Below are positions 18,716 through 28,609 of a stretch of 64,000 nucleotides of DNA, one piece after another. The notes beneath the pieces were generated by a model, which was not told the origin of the DNA, searched no databases, and worked only from the letters and a program-made list of their open reading frames with translations. The stretch spans positions 608,001 to 672,000 of the forward strand of contig CAVXWP010000009.1 of the NCBI GenBank assembly GCA_963765495.1. The letters run 5' to 3'. The position numbers and the translations under genes were made by a program. Numbering within the stretch: the stretch's first letter is position 1; each line of letters starts with the position of its first letter. Source of the DNA: Blastocatellia bacterium (GTDB taxonomy: Bacteria > Acidobacteriota > Blastocatellia > UBA7656).

Positions 18716-20332
18716 TTAGCGTTTGTACTCGCTATCGAGAAAGTCCAGATTGCTGTTGACGATTGTGATCTGAGTCAGCTCATTTCGCAACTGATCCCAA
18801 TCATTCCACACTGTGGAAGAGACAGTCTGTCTGTTGATTCGCTTGAATGCGCGATGGACAAACCGGGCCTGCCTCATCACGGCGTCCGCGGCACCCTTTA
18901 TCGCATCCTGATCGTTGACTCGCCCGACCATACGGTCATAAAGCGAGGTCGCCGATTGCAGTGCGTCAAGCTGGAACAGCAATTCGACTTCATTCTCTCT
19001 GAAATTGCGGCGGTTATCGAAAACTACCTGCCCGCGATTTCCTCGTATGTTCAGGTCTCGTTGATAGTCCTGCAAGATGCGATTTGAGAGAAAGGCTATC
19101 TGCCGCGCATTGCCGATACCATTTGAGTCGTTGTTTCCGCCGACATTGCCGGTGTCAATATCAACCGGAAGGTCCTGATTAATGCCGTGAAACACAACGC
19201 GAGTAACGCTGGCCGGAACGTTGTTGAATCTTTCGTCAATCGGATGATGTTCGATGACCTGCGCGCCCGGTCTTTGCGGAGCCACACCCCTCAAAAAGAC
19301 GTGCAGGGTATCGTTTCTCACGAAATGATCCGTAAATACAGTCCATCCCGATGATCGCGTTTCGGCGTCTACGACTACGCGAATCGTGTCGTTGTCAACG
19401 CGACGCGCGCGCGGGTTATTGATCTGCACAAGGCTGCCAACGTACCCGGTTTCGTTGATGATACCGAGCGCACGGGCGGTCCTGATGTCAAGGTCGCCGC
19501 TCACGGGTATGCTCTGCGCCTGCTGGTAACGACGAAGCGATATGCGCGTGTTGTAATCCATCTGGCCGTTTATCGGGCCGTCGTAATACCCGCTGGTTCT
19601 AAGCACGGTCTGAGCCGAGCGTATCGCATCGGCGGAATTCAAGTCCCTCTGCGGATAGCCGGGATAATTTCCCGCGTTACCTTCCGTTTCGACCGTGAAG
19701 GCTCGCTCGACCCTCATACCGAATTCGGTTCCGGGCTGTACCTCTGCCTTATCGCCTTTTGTCAAAAGCACGCCGAGCGTACCCAGAACAGCACCGAGAC
19801 CGGCCCCTACGGCCGCGCCTTTTCCGCCACCGGCAATCGCGCCAATAAGCGCGCCCGCGCCCGCGCCGCCGCCTATAAAGACCACTGCGCGCTTGGTGCG
19901 GTCGCCGCCTCCCACGTTATCTTCATCGCCTATATCTTCCAGCCTGCGGCGAGACTCTTCGTTGAGTGAGGTCAACGACCCGTCAACCGGCACTGTGCGA
20001 CCATCGCGTATAATAAGTCGGTCGAACCCAATGGCTATGGTTCCGGCGCGGCTGACACGCTCGGATTCGTTGACGCCCGTCACGTGCCCTTCTACCTTTG
20101 AGTTGTCTGGTATGACCACATATCCATTTACCAGCACATCTTGAAACACGGTGGCCGTGAAGCGGTCGCCTACTCTGGAATTACTGGAACTCAGATACGT
20201 ATCCATTTTGAGAGGAACTATTGTCCCAACCGGAACAGTCACCGCCTGATAGGCCCAGGCCGGTGCCGCCATTACAAAAATCATCGCCAGCGTTAGCAAG
20301 ATGCCCGCTGATCTTTTGACAGAATTATTCAT
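18716..20332 (-). CDS. Secreted protein with glycine zipper and peptidoglycan-binding domain
   Basis: Signal peptide, VPVGT...GDRF beta domain, GAGAGALIGAIAGGGKGAA, AQTVL..GYYDGPING...T...YQ PG-binding motif. Confidence 0.85.
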   Translation of the reverse strand: MNNSVKRSAGILLTLAMIFVMAAPAWAYQAVTVPVGTIVPLKMDTYLSSSNSRVGDRFTATVFQDVLVNGYVVIPDNSKVEGHVTGVNESERVSRAGTIAIGFDRLIIRDGRTVPVDGSLTSLNEESRRRLEDIGDEDNVGGGDRTKRAVVFIGGGAGAGALIGAIAGGGKGAAVGAGLGAVLGTLGVLLTKGDKAEVQPGTEFGMRVERAFTVETEGNAGNYPGYPQRDLNSADAIRSAQTVLRTSGYYDGPINGQMDYNTRISLRRYQQAQSIPVSGDLDIRTARALGIINETGYVGSLVQINNPRARRVDNDTIRVVVDAETRSSGWTVFTDHFVRNDTLHVFLRGVAPQRPGAQVIEHHPIDERFNNVPASVTRVVFHGINQDLPVDIDTGNVGGNNDSNGIGNARQIAFLSNRILQDYQRDLNIRGNRGQVVFDNRRNFRENEVELLFQLDALQSATSLYDRMVGRVNDQDAIKGAADAVMRQARFVHRAFKRINRQTVSSTVWNDWDQLRNELTQITIVNSNLDFLDSEYKR

Positions 20333-20443
20333 CGCTTTTACCCTCCTTCGAGTAAGTTGTTATCATTATTATTGCCTGTTCTCGATTGTGCATAACTTAG
20401 ACAGACCTCGCTGGTACAATCAGATTCTCTCAATAGTTAAGGG

Positions 20444-20458
20444 GCAACTACTGTGCCA
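20444..20458 (-). promoter_or_regulatory. Sigma-54 promoter
   Basis: Minus strand TGGCAC-AGTAG-TTGC, a perfect -24/-12 consensus about 110 nt upstream of the start at 20332. Confidence 0.75.
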
Positions 20459-20673
20459 GTCTTAAGGCTCCAATATATGGGGGAACCGGAGCTATGTCAG
20501 TTCAGATCGCGGTCGAAAACGGGACGCTGCTGCAAGCGCCTGCGACTCATTTGCGAACACAAATTTAGGATTCAAGGATTTGAGATTGCTCCGGCAGGCG
20601 GTTGAGCGCAGGAAAAGTAATATTTGGATTCTGATTGATAGCTGTTAAAATGCACCTTGTAGGTATAGAAAGA

Positions 20674-21066
20674 ATGGCAGAGCAAGAAATGGTAAATGAC
20701 TCCAGACGAGTGCTTTTGGTAGAAGATTTCGAAGACAGCAGGTTTTCGCTTTCGAAATTGCTTGAGATCGAAGGTTACGAAGTGTTGGAGGCCAGTGACG
20801 GCGAACAGGCGATAAAGATAGCCATAAACGATAGACCCGACCTGATACTGATGGATTTGTCATTGCCGATAGTTGACGGGCTCAACGCGACCAAACAGAT
20901 TCGCGAGCACATGGGCAGCGTGCCCATCATAGCTCTGACGGCTCACGACCTGACCGATTACCAGAACAAAGCCCGGGATGCGGGCTGCACAGACTACATT
21001 ACGAAACCGATTGACTTTGACAAACTTATAGACATTCTGTCGAAATATCTGCCCGCCTCATCCTGA
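20674..21066 (+). CDS. Single-domain response regulator (CheY/DivK-like)
   Basis: LLVED, PDLILMD, IIALTA, YITKP. Confidence 0.92.
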   Translation: MAEQEMVNDSRRVLLVEDFEDSRFSLSKLLEIEGYEVLEASDGEQAIKIAINDRPDLILMDLSLPIVDGLNATKQIREHMGSVPIIALTAHDLTDYQNKARDAGCTDYITKPIDFDKLIDILSKYLPASS

Positions 21067-21219
21067 CGAGGTTCTCTCTTATCATCTGATCTGAGAAGCC
21101 ACCTCGGCCAACAAACCCTCTTCTTCAAATCATCTCAGAGTATGGGTAACCGCTCTGTCGGTTGTGAATTAAACCTGCAAGACAGTAAAATACTAATGTT
21201 CAGTAACAGGAGATCACGG

Positions 21220-22107
21220 ATGTATAAAAGTATAAGCACTCTGATTCTTGCGCTGGCCCTATCGAGTCAGGCAGCGCTGGCCTTCCAGAATAATTCGACA
21301 CAGACAGCAAGACAGCTTCCGATTGACCAGGTCATTCAGAGGTTTGCCGCTGCCGAAAGTGAAAACAAGGTTGCGCGCAACAACTACACCTTCACGCAGG
21401 ATTTTGATGTGATGACGATGGGCGAAGCCGGCTCAATCACCGGGCGTTTCCACCGCATCTCAGACATTGTTTATGATGATCGTGGAAATCGGGTCGAGAG
21501 GATAACCTACTTCCCGCCTTCGACGCTACAGGCCGTCACCCTGACCCCGGAAGACATGCAGGATCTGGCCGGGATACAACCATTCGCGCTGACGACCGAA
21601 GACCTGTCGAAATATCAAGTGGATTACGTCGGAAAAGAGAAGCTTGACGAGTTGAGCACATACGTTTTCGACGTAAAGCCGAAACGTTTTGAAAAAGGCG
21701 AGCGATATCTTGAGGGGCGCGTTTGGGTCGACGACCAGGACCTGCAGATTGTGAAAGTGGCGGGCAAAGGCGTTCCCGAAACCGATAAAAGCAAGTACCC
21801 GCGATTTGAAACTTATCGCGAAAACATCGACGGCAAATACTGGTTTCCTACCTATACATATGCCGACGATGTGCTCGAGTTCAAGAATAATCCCGTTCGC
21901 CTGAAGATGGTCGTGCGTTATACGAAGTACAAGAAATTCACCACCGGCATCCGCCTCGCCGATGAAGGCGAAGCCGCAAGCGAAGAAGAAGTAAAATCGG
22001 GTGACAAGGAGATGAATAACAATAAGCCCGACATGACCAAAGAGAAGCAGGATGAACCGGATAATCCGGTCCTGAAAAAACCCAAACGCAAACCGAACGA
22101 CAAATAA
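21220..22107 (+). CDS. Exported protein, LolA/lipoprotein-sorting-like family, paralogue 1
   Basis: Signal peptide; DEL.TY.FD..P / GRVWVD..D.Q.VK / PxFETY motifs shared with the next two genes; the fold assignment is inference. Confidence 0.75.
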   Translation: MYKSISTLILALALSSQAALAFQNNSTQTARQLPIDQVIQRFAAAESENKVARNNYTFTQDFDVMTMGEAGSITGRFHRISDIVYDDRGNRVERITYFPPSTLQAVTLTPEDMQDLAGIQPFALTTEDLSKYQVDYVGKEKLDELSTYVFDVKPKRFEKGERYLEGRVWVDDQDLQIVKVAGKGVPETDKSKYPRFETYRENIDGKYWFPTYTYADDVLEFKNNPVRLKMVVRYTKYKKFTTGIRLADEGEAASEEEVKSGDKEMNNNKPDMTKEKQDEPDNPVLKKPKRKPNDK

Positions 22108-22234
22108 GGGATGAGGGATGAGGGATGAGGGATGAAAAGGACTGTCGGGGAACGCCCCGATATTTAGTTATCCCATTTCATCGAAATATTTCCCTGGACT
22201 CCTTTTCATCCCTCATCCTTCATCCTTCATCCTT
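22106..22234. repeat. Inverted heptamer array element (GGGATGA)n...(TCATCCC/T)n, copy 2
   Basis: Same arm GGGATGAAAAGGACT as 1657-1773. Confidence 0.85.
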
Positions 22235-22459
22235 TCTTTTTCTTACCCTCTGGCTTGCGCCGGTTTAACTTTGATTGCTTTAAGTAATTTTCATGGTATA
22301 GTGTCTGCGTTCGCAAACAGCGGTTTCCTTATCTTGCGGTCCCAGGTTTTCGCAGTCGCATAAGGAAATGAGGCAGGCTCCATCAGGAGCCGGTTGAAAC
22401 TCTTTCATTATTAAGAGCCGAACTGAAGCATCCACTGATGCTTCCAGTAAGAGTCAGCC

Positions 22460-23221
22460 ATGAAAATAAGCTACTTCTCTTTTTGCGGTATAGCTGCCGC
22501 TTTGCTTATGTCGGCATTTGTCTGCCCCGGAATCGGCATCCCTCCAAATAGGCAATCGAGCGTGTCCCCGGGTGAGGCGATCAGACGAGCGGCTGCAAAC
22601 GAAGAAAGGATGAGGGCTGCTGAACCAAATTTTTTCTATCGTCAAAAGATAGTCGTACAGGTCCCCGGAGAAGGCGGAAGCGTCAGAAGCCAGCTTCATC
22701 GCGTTTCTGAGATGGGCTATGACGATATGGGGAATCGCGTGGAGAAGATTATAGAGTTCCCGCCCTCGCGATTGATGACTACTCTTGGCGTCATGAAACC
22801 CGATTTCAAGAGCCTTTTAGGCATTGATCCATTCTTTCTTACGACCGATGCGCTCTCGCGTTACTCGATCAAATTCGTCGAGCGGCAAAAGATTGACGAG
22901 CTTAACACCTACGCCTTCGATCTGGAAGGCAAGCGGGGATCTGCGAAAGATATTGAAAAGGACGGCTGGCCCTTCAAAGGGCGCGTATGGGTTGAGGACC
23001 AGGATTTCGTGATAGTAAAGGTTGAGGGACGCGCCCTGACTACAAAAGATGATCGCCAGCGATTCCCGAAGTTCGAGTATTACAGAGAGAATGTTGAGAG
23101 TAATTTGTGGCTGCCGAGCTTCGCCTTCGGAGAAGACGTGCTCGATCTTCCACATTATGATTTGCCGGTTACGGTCAAGATCAACTATACAGAATATAAA
23201 CGGATTCAACCGAGGAAATAG
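22460..23221 (+). CDS. Exported protein, paralogue 2
   Basis: Signal peptide; KIDELNTYAFD, KGRVWVEDQD, RFPKFEYYRE. Confidence 0.75.
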   Translation: MKISYFSFCGIAAALLMSAFVCPGIGIPPNRQSSVSPGEAIRRAAANEERMRAAEPNFFYRQKIVVQVPGEGGSVRSQLHRVSEMGYDDMGNRVEKIIEFPPSRLMTTLGVMKPDFKSLLGIDPFFLTTDALSRYSIKFVERQKIDELNTYAFDLEGKRGSAKDIEKDGWPFKGRVWVEDQDFVIVKVEGRALTTKDDRQRFPKFEYYRENVESNLWLPSFAFGEDVLDLPHYDLPVTVKINYTEYKRIQPRK

Positions 23222-23225
23222 GAAA

Positions 23226-23996
23226 GTGAAATATATCGGTCGAGGACAGTCGAAATGTTTCGGGCTTACCATTGCGCGGTCATTGGCGATAGCCATTCTA
23301 GTCGCGCTCATCCCGGCAGCAGTTCCTGCCACCTTGAATCAACAGAAGCCTTCTCCGGCTGAGATACTCACGGCCACGACCGCTAACGGCAAACTGTTGC
23401 TCGACGCGATCCACAATTACACATACTATGCCGAGCTTACGCTCGAGGTCGTAAACGATGCCGACGTCATAGCCGGAAAGCTTTATCGCTTCTCGAAAAT
23501 CTCTTATGACCGCGACGGCACCAGACAGGAACGAGTCTTTGAGGATAAATCAGCCCTGCCCAAAGATGTCTACATCGGCACGAATGCCGTCAACAACCTT
23601 GTGCGCGTATACAGTTTCATGATCACGCCCGAAACGATCAATCAGTATGAGTTCAATTATGTAGGTCAGGAGCGGATTGATGAGTTGAATACATATGTAT
23701 TCGACGTGATGCCTTCGGTGAAGCTGCCCGACCCGCAAAAGAGCCGTGACCGATATCTGAAGGGACGAGTGTGGATTGATGACCGGGATTTTCAGGTTGT
23801 AAAAATTGAGGGTGAGGCGCTGCCTGAACAGAGCGCCCATCGAACTCCAAAGTTCGAGACTTATTTCCAGAACTATGCGAAGTACTGGTTCCCGGCCTTT
23901 ACAAAGGCGGATGATATTATTCGCGTGGGCAATCGCAAGATGCGCGTAGTTGTCGAGCTTCGCTTTACGAGCTACAAGAATGCCGATGAGCATTAA
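23226..23996 (+). CDS. Exported protein, paralogue 3
   Basis: GTG start inferred; RIDELNTYVFDV, KGRVWIDDRD, TPKFETY, YWFP. Confidence 0.72.
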   Translation: MKYIGRGQSKCFGLTIARSLAIAILVALIPAAVPATLNQQKPSPAEILTATTANGKLLLDAIHNYTYYAELTLEVVNDADVIAGKLYRFSKISYDRDGTRQERVFEDKSALPKDVYIGTNAVNNLVRVYSFMITPETINQYEFNYVGQERIDELNTYVFDVMPSVKLPDPQKSRDRYLKGRVWIDDRDFQVVKIEGEALPEQSAHRTPKFETYFQNYAKYWFPAFTKADDIIRVGNRKMRVVVELRFTSYKNADEH

Positions 23997-24098
23997 ATAA
24001 GAATCTGGTTGAATCTTTCAAATCCTGTCAATCCTGTCTAAAAATTTGGGTTTACCTGCTTGCGCAAAATATCGGTTTGACTACACCATGTCGGTTGA

Positions 24099-26300
24099 AT
24101 GTCTGACGCAAGAATCAAAGTCGAAAACCAATCCATTCCTGTCACAATTCTGCCCCGGACGGAGAAGGCTCTGATCGCAAGCTCTATCGCTGTCTTCGCC
24201 CTGTCGCTTGCGCTTTACGCGGTGACGCTTGCCCCGACGGTGACGCTCGTTGACAGCGGAGAATTGATCGTAGCGGCGCAAGGGCTTGGAGTCGCCCACC
24301 CGCCCGGCTTTCCTCTTTACGTATTGCTGGCTCACATTGCAACGCTTGTGCCCGTGGGCAACGTAGCGGAGCGGGTAAATTTCGCTTCGGCCCTCTTTGC
24401 CGCGCTCGCATCGGCGATGATCACTCTCGTCCTGGCCGAGATGCTGTTCACCCCTTCAAAAAACGAGAGAGGGGAGACCAGAGCAAAAAGACAGGCCGGG
24501 CGAAAAGGGAGAAGAAAACGATCCGTAAAATCGGCTTTCGAAGAAACGGTTTCGCCCCGGAACCCGCTACACGTCTTTGTACCGGCGCTTGTCGCGGGGC
24601 TCTTACTTGCTTTCTCGCGTACGCTCTGGTCATACGCCACGATAGCCGAAGTCTATACGCTCAACACCCTGCTCATCCTGATAATCTTCTTCCTCATGTT
24701 TCGCTGGCGGCGCAAAATAGTCGAAGCCGAAACCATACGAATAGTTGGTACCCGCCTCCCATCCGGCGGTGATACAGGCGACAATATCCAGGCGGAGACG
24801 CTTCCGGTCAAACCGCGCGCTTTCGAGAATCGCGACCGATTGCTTTACATCGCGGCGGCGGTCTTCGGGCTTGCTCTGGGGGTTCATCACGTCAGCGTAG
24901 CATTGATGCTGCCTGCTTTTGCGGCGCTCGTGCTCTTTACGGAGGGGCTCAAATTCTTCGCAAGCAAAAGGCTCCTCTACGCGGCATTGTTTGCCTTTGC
25001 GGGGCTTGCCATTTACGTGTACCTGCCGATTGCCGCGTCGCGTTCGCCCGTCATGAACTGGGGCAATCCCGAAACGCTGGAGCGATTGTGGTGGCACGTA
25101 ACCGGCAGGCAGTATCAGGTTTTCTTCTCTTTTTCAGCGTCGAGAATGGGTAATCAACTAGGAGAATTCTTCCGGCTCGTCGGTAGAGAGTTTGGCCCGT
25201 GGTGGCTGCCCCTGGGGCTTTTGCTTGCGGCGGCCGGAGTGGTCCGGCTGTTCAGGCGTGACCGCGTGATCTTCTGGTTTCTCGCTCTTGTCTTCGCAGC
25301 CGATCTTGCCTATGCCCTCAACTACGAAATAGCCGAAGACAAAGACGCTTATTACCTGCCTGCATTTCTTGCCCTGGCAATCGCTGCCGGGTACGGCGCT
25401 CTCTGGCTTATCAGGGCGGCAGGCTCCGCGAGACCTCCGGTAAACATCCTTGGCGGTCGGGGCGCAGTCGCGGTATTGCTCGTTCCTGCGGTGGCGTTTG
25501 CCACGAATCTGCCTTACAACAATCGAAGTCAATATTACATAGCTCACGATTACGTCGAAAACATTATGAGCACGATCGAGCCGCAGGGCATGTTGCTCAC
25601 GCTCGACTGGCAAGTACATTCGCCCATGCTTTATACGCGCGAGGTCGAAGATTTTCGCCCCGATGTTGTGACGATAGATGTAAACCTGCTCAGGCGCTCG
25701 TGGTACTTCGATTATCTTGAGCGCGCCTACCCCGAGGTGATGGCCGGATCGCGCGACAAGGTAGATGCATATCTTGAAGACCTCCTCAACTGGGAACAGA
25801 ACCCGGAAGCCTATATCAATCCTGCGCTCAATCAGAGGATCAACTCGCGGTTTTACGACATGATCACGACGTTTGTGAGCCGCCACATAGAGCACGCGCC
25901 GGTCTACATCACACAGGATATAGCGACTGCTTCGGGGCCTGACAGCGAGTTGACTACGGCTCTTTCAAACAAGTACCAACTCGTTCCGCAAGGGCTGGTA
26001 TTTCAGCTATTCGAAGATCGCCAGTTTCATCAACCGGCCTCGCCCGACCTGGCGACGCGCGGGCTCAACGACGGCACGATCAGGTTCGAGGGCGATGATG
26101 TTGTGAGGCAAAAAGTGCTGCCGGTTTATCTGAATATGTTGACGAACAGGGGGCGCTATCTGGCGGCTTTCAATCAGCATCAACAGGCCATAGAGGCGTG
26201 CAAACGGGCGCTCGAAATTGACCCTCATTATAGCTACGCCGAGCGGCAGATGGAGGCAAGCGCGAATGCCTTGCGCAACGCAGGAAGCAATAAGCCCTAA
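24099..26300 (+). CDS. DUF2723 / TMEM260-like GT-C membrane glycosyltransferase with C-terminal TPR
   Basis: TLAPTV..DSGEL....LGVAHPPGFPLY, AEVY, WGNP motifs; multi-TM. Confidence 0.85.
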   Translation: MSDARIKVENQSIPVTILPRTEKALIASSIAVFALSLALYAVTLAPTVTLVDSGELIVAAQGLGVAHPPGFPLYVLLAHIATLVPVGNVAERVNFASALFAALASAMITLVLAEMLFTPSKNERGETRAKRQAGRKGRRKRSVKSAFEETVSPRNPLHVFVPALVAGLLLAFSRTLWSYATIAEVYTLNTLLILIIFFLMFRWRRKIVEAETIRIVGTRLPSGGDTGDNIQAETLPVKPRAFENRDRLLYIAAAVFGLALGVHHVSVALMLPAFAALVLFTEGLKFFASKRLLYAALFAFAGLAIYVYLPIAASRSPVMNWGNPETLERLWWHVTGRQYQVFFSFSASRMGNQLGEFFRLVGREFGPWWLPLGLLLAAAGVVRLFRRDRVIFWFLALVFAADLAYALNYEIAEDKDAYYLPAFLALAIAAGYGALWLIRAAGSARPPVNILGGRGAVAVLLVPAVAFATNLPYNNRSQYYIAHDYVENIMSTIEPQGMLLTLDWQVHSPMLYTREVEDFRPDVVTIDVNLLRRSWYFDYLERAYPEVMAGSRDKVDAYLEDLLNWEQNPEAYINPALNQRINSRFYDMITTFVSRHIEHAPVYITQDIATASGPDSELTTALSNKYQLVPQGLVFQLFEDRQFHQPASPDLATRGLNDGTIRFEGDDVVRQKVLPVYLNMLTNRGRYLAAFNQHQQAIEACKRALEIDPHYSYAERQMEASANALRNAGSNKP

Positions 26301-26416
26301 ATCACACCGAAGGAGATAGGCACAATGTCAGGTTCAGACCCGTTTAGTTTTGTGGCTTGCTCTGATTCGAAGGGGGCTGGTAGGCTCAAATATTAAATTA
26401 ATTCAGGTATAAGAGA

Positions 26417-28498
26417 ATGAAAAGCTGTCCGCAATGTGGCAATTCATATAACGACGATTTCACGGTCTGTCCCGGCGACAAGACTGCGCTCATTCATATA
26501 GCGTCTTCGGGGGCCGACCCCATGCTTGGGAGGCTGCTCGCCGGTCGTTTCCTGCTCGTAGGGAAGCTGGGGCAGGGCGGTATGGGATCGGTCTACAAGG
26601 CGCTTCACACGCAGATGGACCGGGTCTGCGCCATCAAGGTGCTTTCGCCTATGGTGACCGATATCGAGGTGGGCATCGCTCGATTCAAACGCGAGGCGAA
26701 GATGGCCAGCCGCATAGATAATCCTCACGCCGTAACGATATATGATTTCGGCTCGGACGAGGGCGGCTTGCTCTATCTGGCCATGGAGTGCATAGACGGC
26801 AAGTCGTTGTCACAGATTCTCAAGCAACAGCATCCGCTTGAGATTTCCCGCATAGCTCACATCACAGAGCAGATTGCCTCGGCGCTCGCCGCCGCTCATC
26901 GCCTCGGGATAGTTCACCGCGACCTCAAACCGGATAATATCATGCTCACGAAAAAAGCCGGGGAAAGCGATTATGTAAAGGTGCTCGACTTCGGCATAGC
27001 CAAGACCATGGCCGATGATATGGGGGACCATGTGACGCAGACGGGCGCGGTGCTCGGAACTCCGCTTTACATGTCGCCTGAGCAATTATCGGGTGAGAAG
27101 CTTGACGGGCGGTCAGATACTTACGGGCTTGCGACGATGGTCTATGAGATGTTGAGCGGGCGGTTGCCTTTCGACGGAGAAAACACTCAGGCGATAATGA
27201 TAAAGCGGATAACGAATGATCCGATTCAGTTGGGTCTGGTCGCCCCTTCCGTAAGCGATTCAATCGCGCGGGCAGTCATGGACGGGCTTGCGCGCAATCG
27301 CGATGATCGGCCTCAAACGGTAGAGGGATTCGCGCACGCGCTAAGGGAGGCCGTAAAGATAAGCACGCATCCCATAGGTCCGCGCGCGGCAGACGAGAGG
27401 GGAGAGAGGGGATCGAGCCGCGAAACCGCTCCCTCATATAACGATAAGACGGTCACAGATGGCAGCCTCGGCTGGACGGGCGATAACGCAAACCTTTCAA
27501 CGGATTTCACGCGGGTGGATGGAGCCATCACGCCGACAACGCCTTTCAACCGCGAAGAGCATTCTGCGCCTGAAAGAATCGAGTATCCACCCGCCGCAAC
27601 CTATATAACAAAGCCATCGGTCGAGCCTGTAAAAATTCAGCCCGACCAGACGCAGCCGTCCGAACCCGGATGGGAGGCGACTAAAGATTTGCACAGCGCG
27701 CAGTCTGCCCCTACGGTCAAATCGAACGTGCCGCCGCCGCCTTATCCATCACCATATCCATCAGCGCCCGTGTCGGTTCAGGCTGCGCCGCAGAAATCCC
27801 GAAGCGCCGCCCTGATAATAACCGCCGTTGTCGTAGTGGCCTTCATAATCGTGGTCACAGTGGGCTATCTGATATTTCCACGACTCAGCGGGCAATCCCC
27901 TCCCCCGACAGTCCATCCTCCGACGATCAATACGCCTCCCGAAACAGGAAGGACAGTGGGGCCGTCCGAGCATTACGAGAATGCCAAGAAGCATCAGGAG
28001 CAGGCATATTTGCTTGCAAGTTCAGGGTCGAAAAGCGAGGCAACGGAAGAAAATCAGAAGGCCATACTCGAATATCGCATGGCGATCTCCGGGCGTCCGG
28101 TCTACCCGGAGGCTCACGAAAATCTAGGAGTAGCGCTTTATAATACGAGCCAGACCGAAGCCGCTCTGAGCGAATATCAGATAGCGATGAAGCAGTACAC
28201 AGAGCAATCGGGGCGACCCACGGCGCAGGTGTTGACCAATTACGGCCTGGCGCTCTATGACTTGAAACGCTACCGCGAGGCGGCCGATTCATTCGGGCAG
28301 GCGCTCGAAATTGATCCCAACGATTACGACCTTTACGCGCACAGAGGGTTTGCCCTGCAAAACGCCGGGAACCAGAGCGGCGCAAGGAGTGCTTATCAGC
28401 AATATTTGCGGCTCTCTCCTACGGGACAATACGCCGACTTTATACGCGAGATAATCGCGGGCCGCGCCCAACCTCCCACCGACAGCGGCAACCAGTAA
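26417..28498 (+). CDS. Ser/Thr protein kinase with TM and extracytoplasmic TPRs
   Basis: GQGGMG, HRDLKPDN, DFGIAK, GTPLYMSPEQ; TPR helices after the TM. Confidence 0.94.
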   Translation: MKSCPQCGNSYNDDFTVCPGDKTALIHIASSGADPMLGRLLAGRFLLVGKLGQGGMGSVYKALHTQMDRVCAIKVLSPMVTDIEVGIARFKREAKMASRIDNPHAVTIYDFGSDEGGLLYLAMECIDGKSLSQILKQQHPLEISRIAHITEQIASALAAAHRLGIVHRDLKPDNIMLTKKAGESDYVKVLDFGIAKTMADDMGDHVTQTGAVLGTPLYMSPEQLSGEKLDGRSDTYGLATMVYEMLSGRLPFDGENTQAIMIKRITNDPIQLGLVAPSVSDSIARAVMDGLARNRDDRPQTVEGFAHALREAVKISTHPIGPRAADERGERGSSRETAPSYNDKTVTDGSLGWTGDNANLSTDFTRVDGAITPTTPFNREEHSAPERIEYPPAATYITKPSVEPVKIQPDQTQPSEPGWEATKDLHSAQSAPTVKSNVPPPPYPSPYPSAPVSVQAAPQKSRSAALIITAVVVVAFIIVVTVGYLIFPRLSGQSPPPTVHPPTINTPPETGRTVGPSEHYENAKKHQEQAYLLASSGSKSEATEENQKAILEYRMAISGRPVYPEAHENLGVALYNTSQTEAALSEYQIAMKQYTEQSGRPTAQVLTNYGLALYDLKRYREAADSFGQALEIDPNDYDLYAHRGFALQNAGNQSGARSAYQQYLRLSPTGQYADFIREIIAGRAQPPTDSGNQ

Positions 28499-28500
28499 GA

Positions 28501-28605
28501 GTGATGCGTGATGCGTGATGCGTGATTTAGCAGACTTGCAATCTGTCTTTAACAAGAGACTGCCTGAAAATCACGCATCACGCATCACGTATCACGCATC
28601 ACGCA
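28501..28605 (+). repeat. (GTGATGC)n-core-(TCACGCA)n dispersed element, copy 3
   Basis: Lies between convergent genes; core matches the copy at 14435. Confidence 0.85.
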
Positions 28606-28609
28606 CCAC

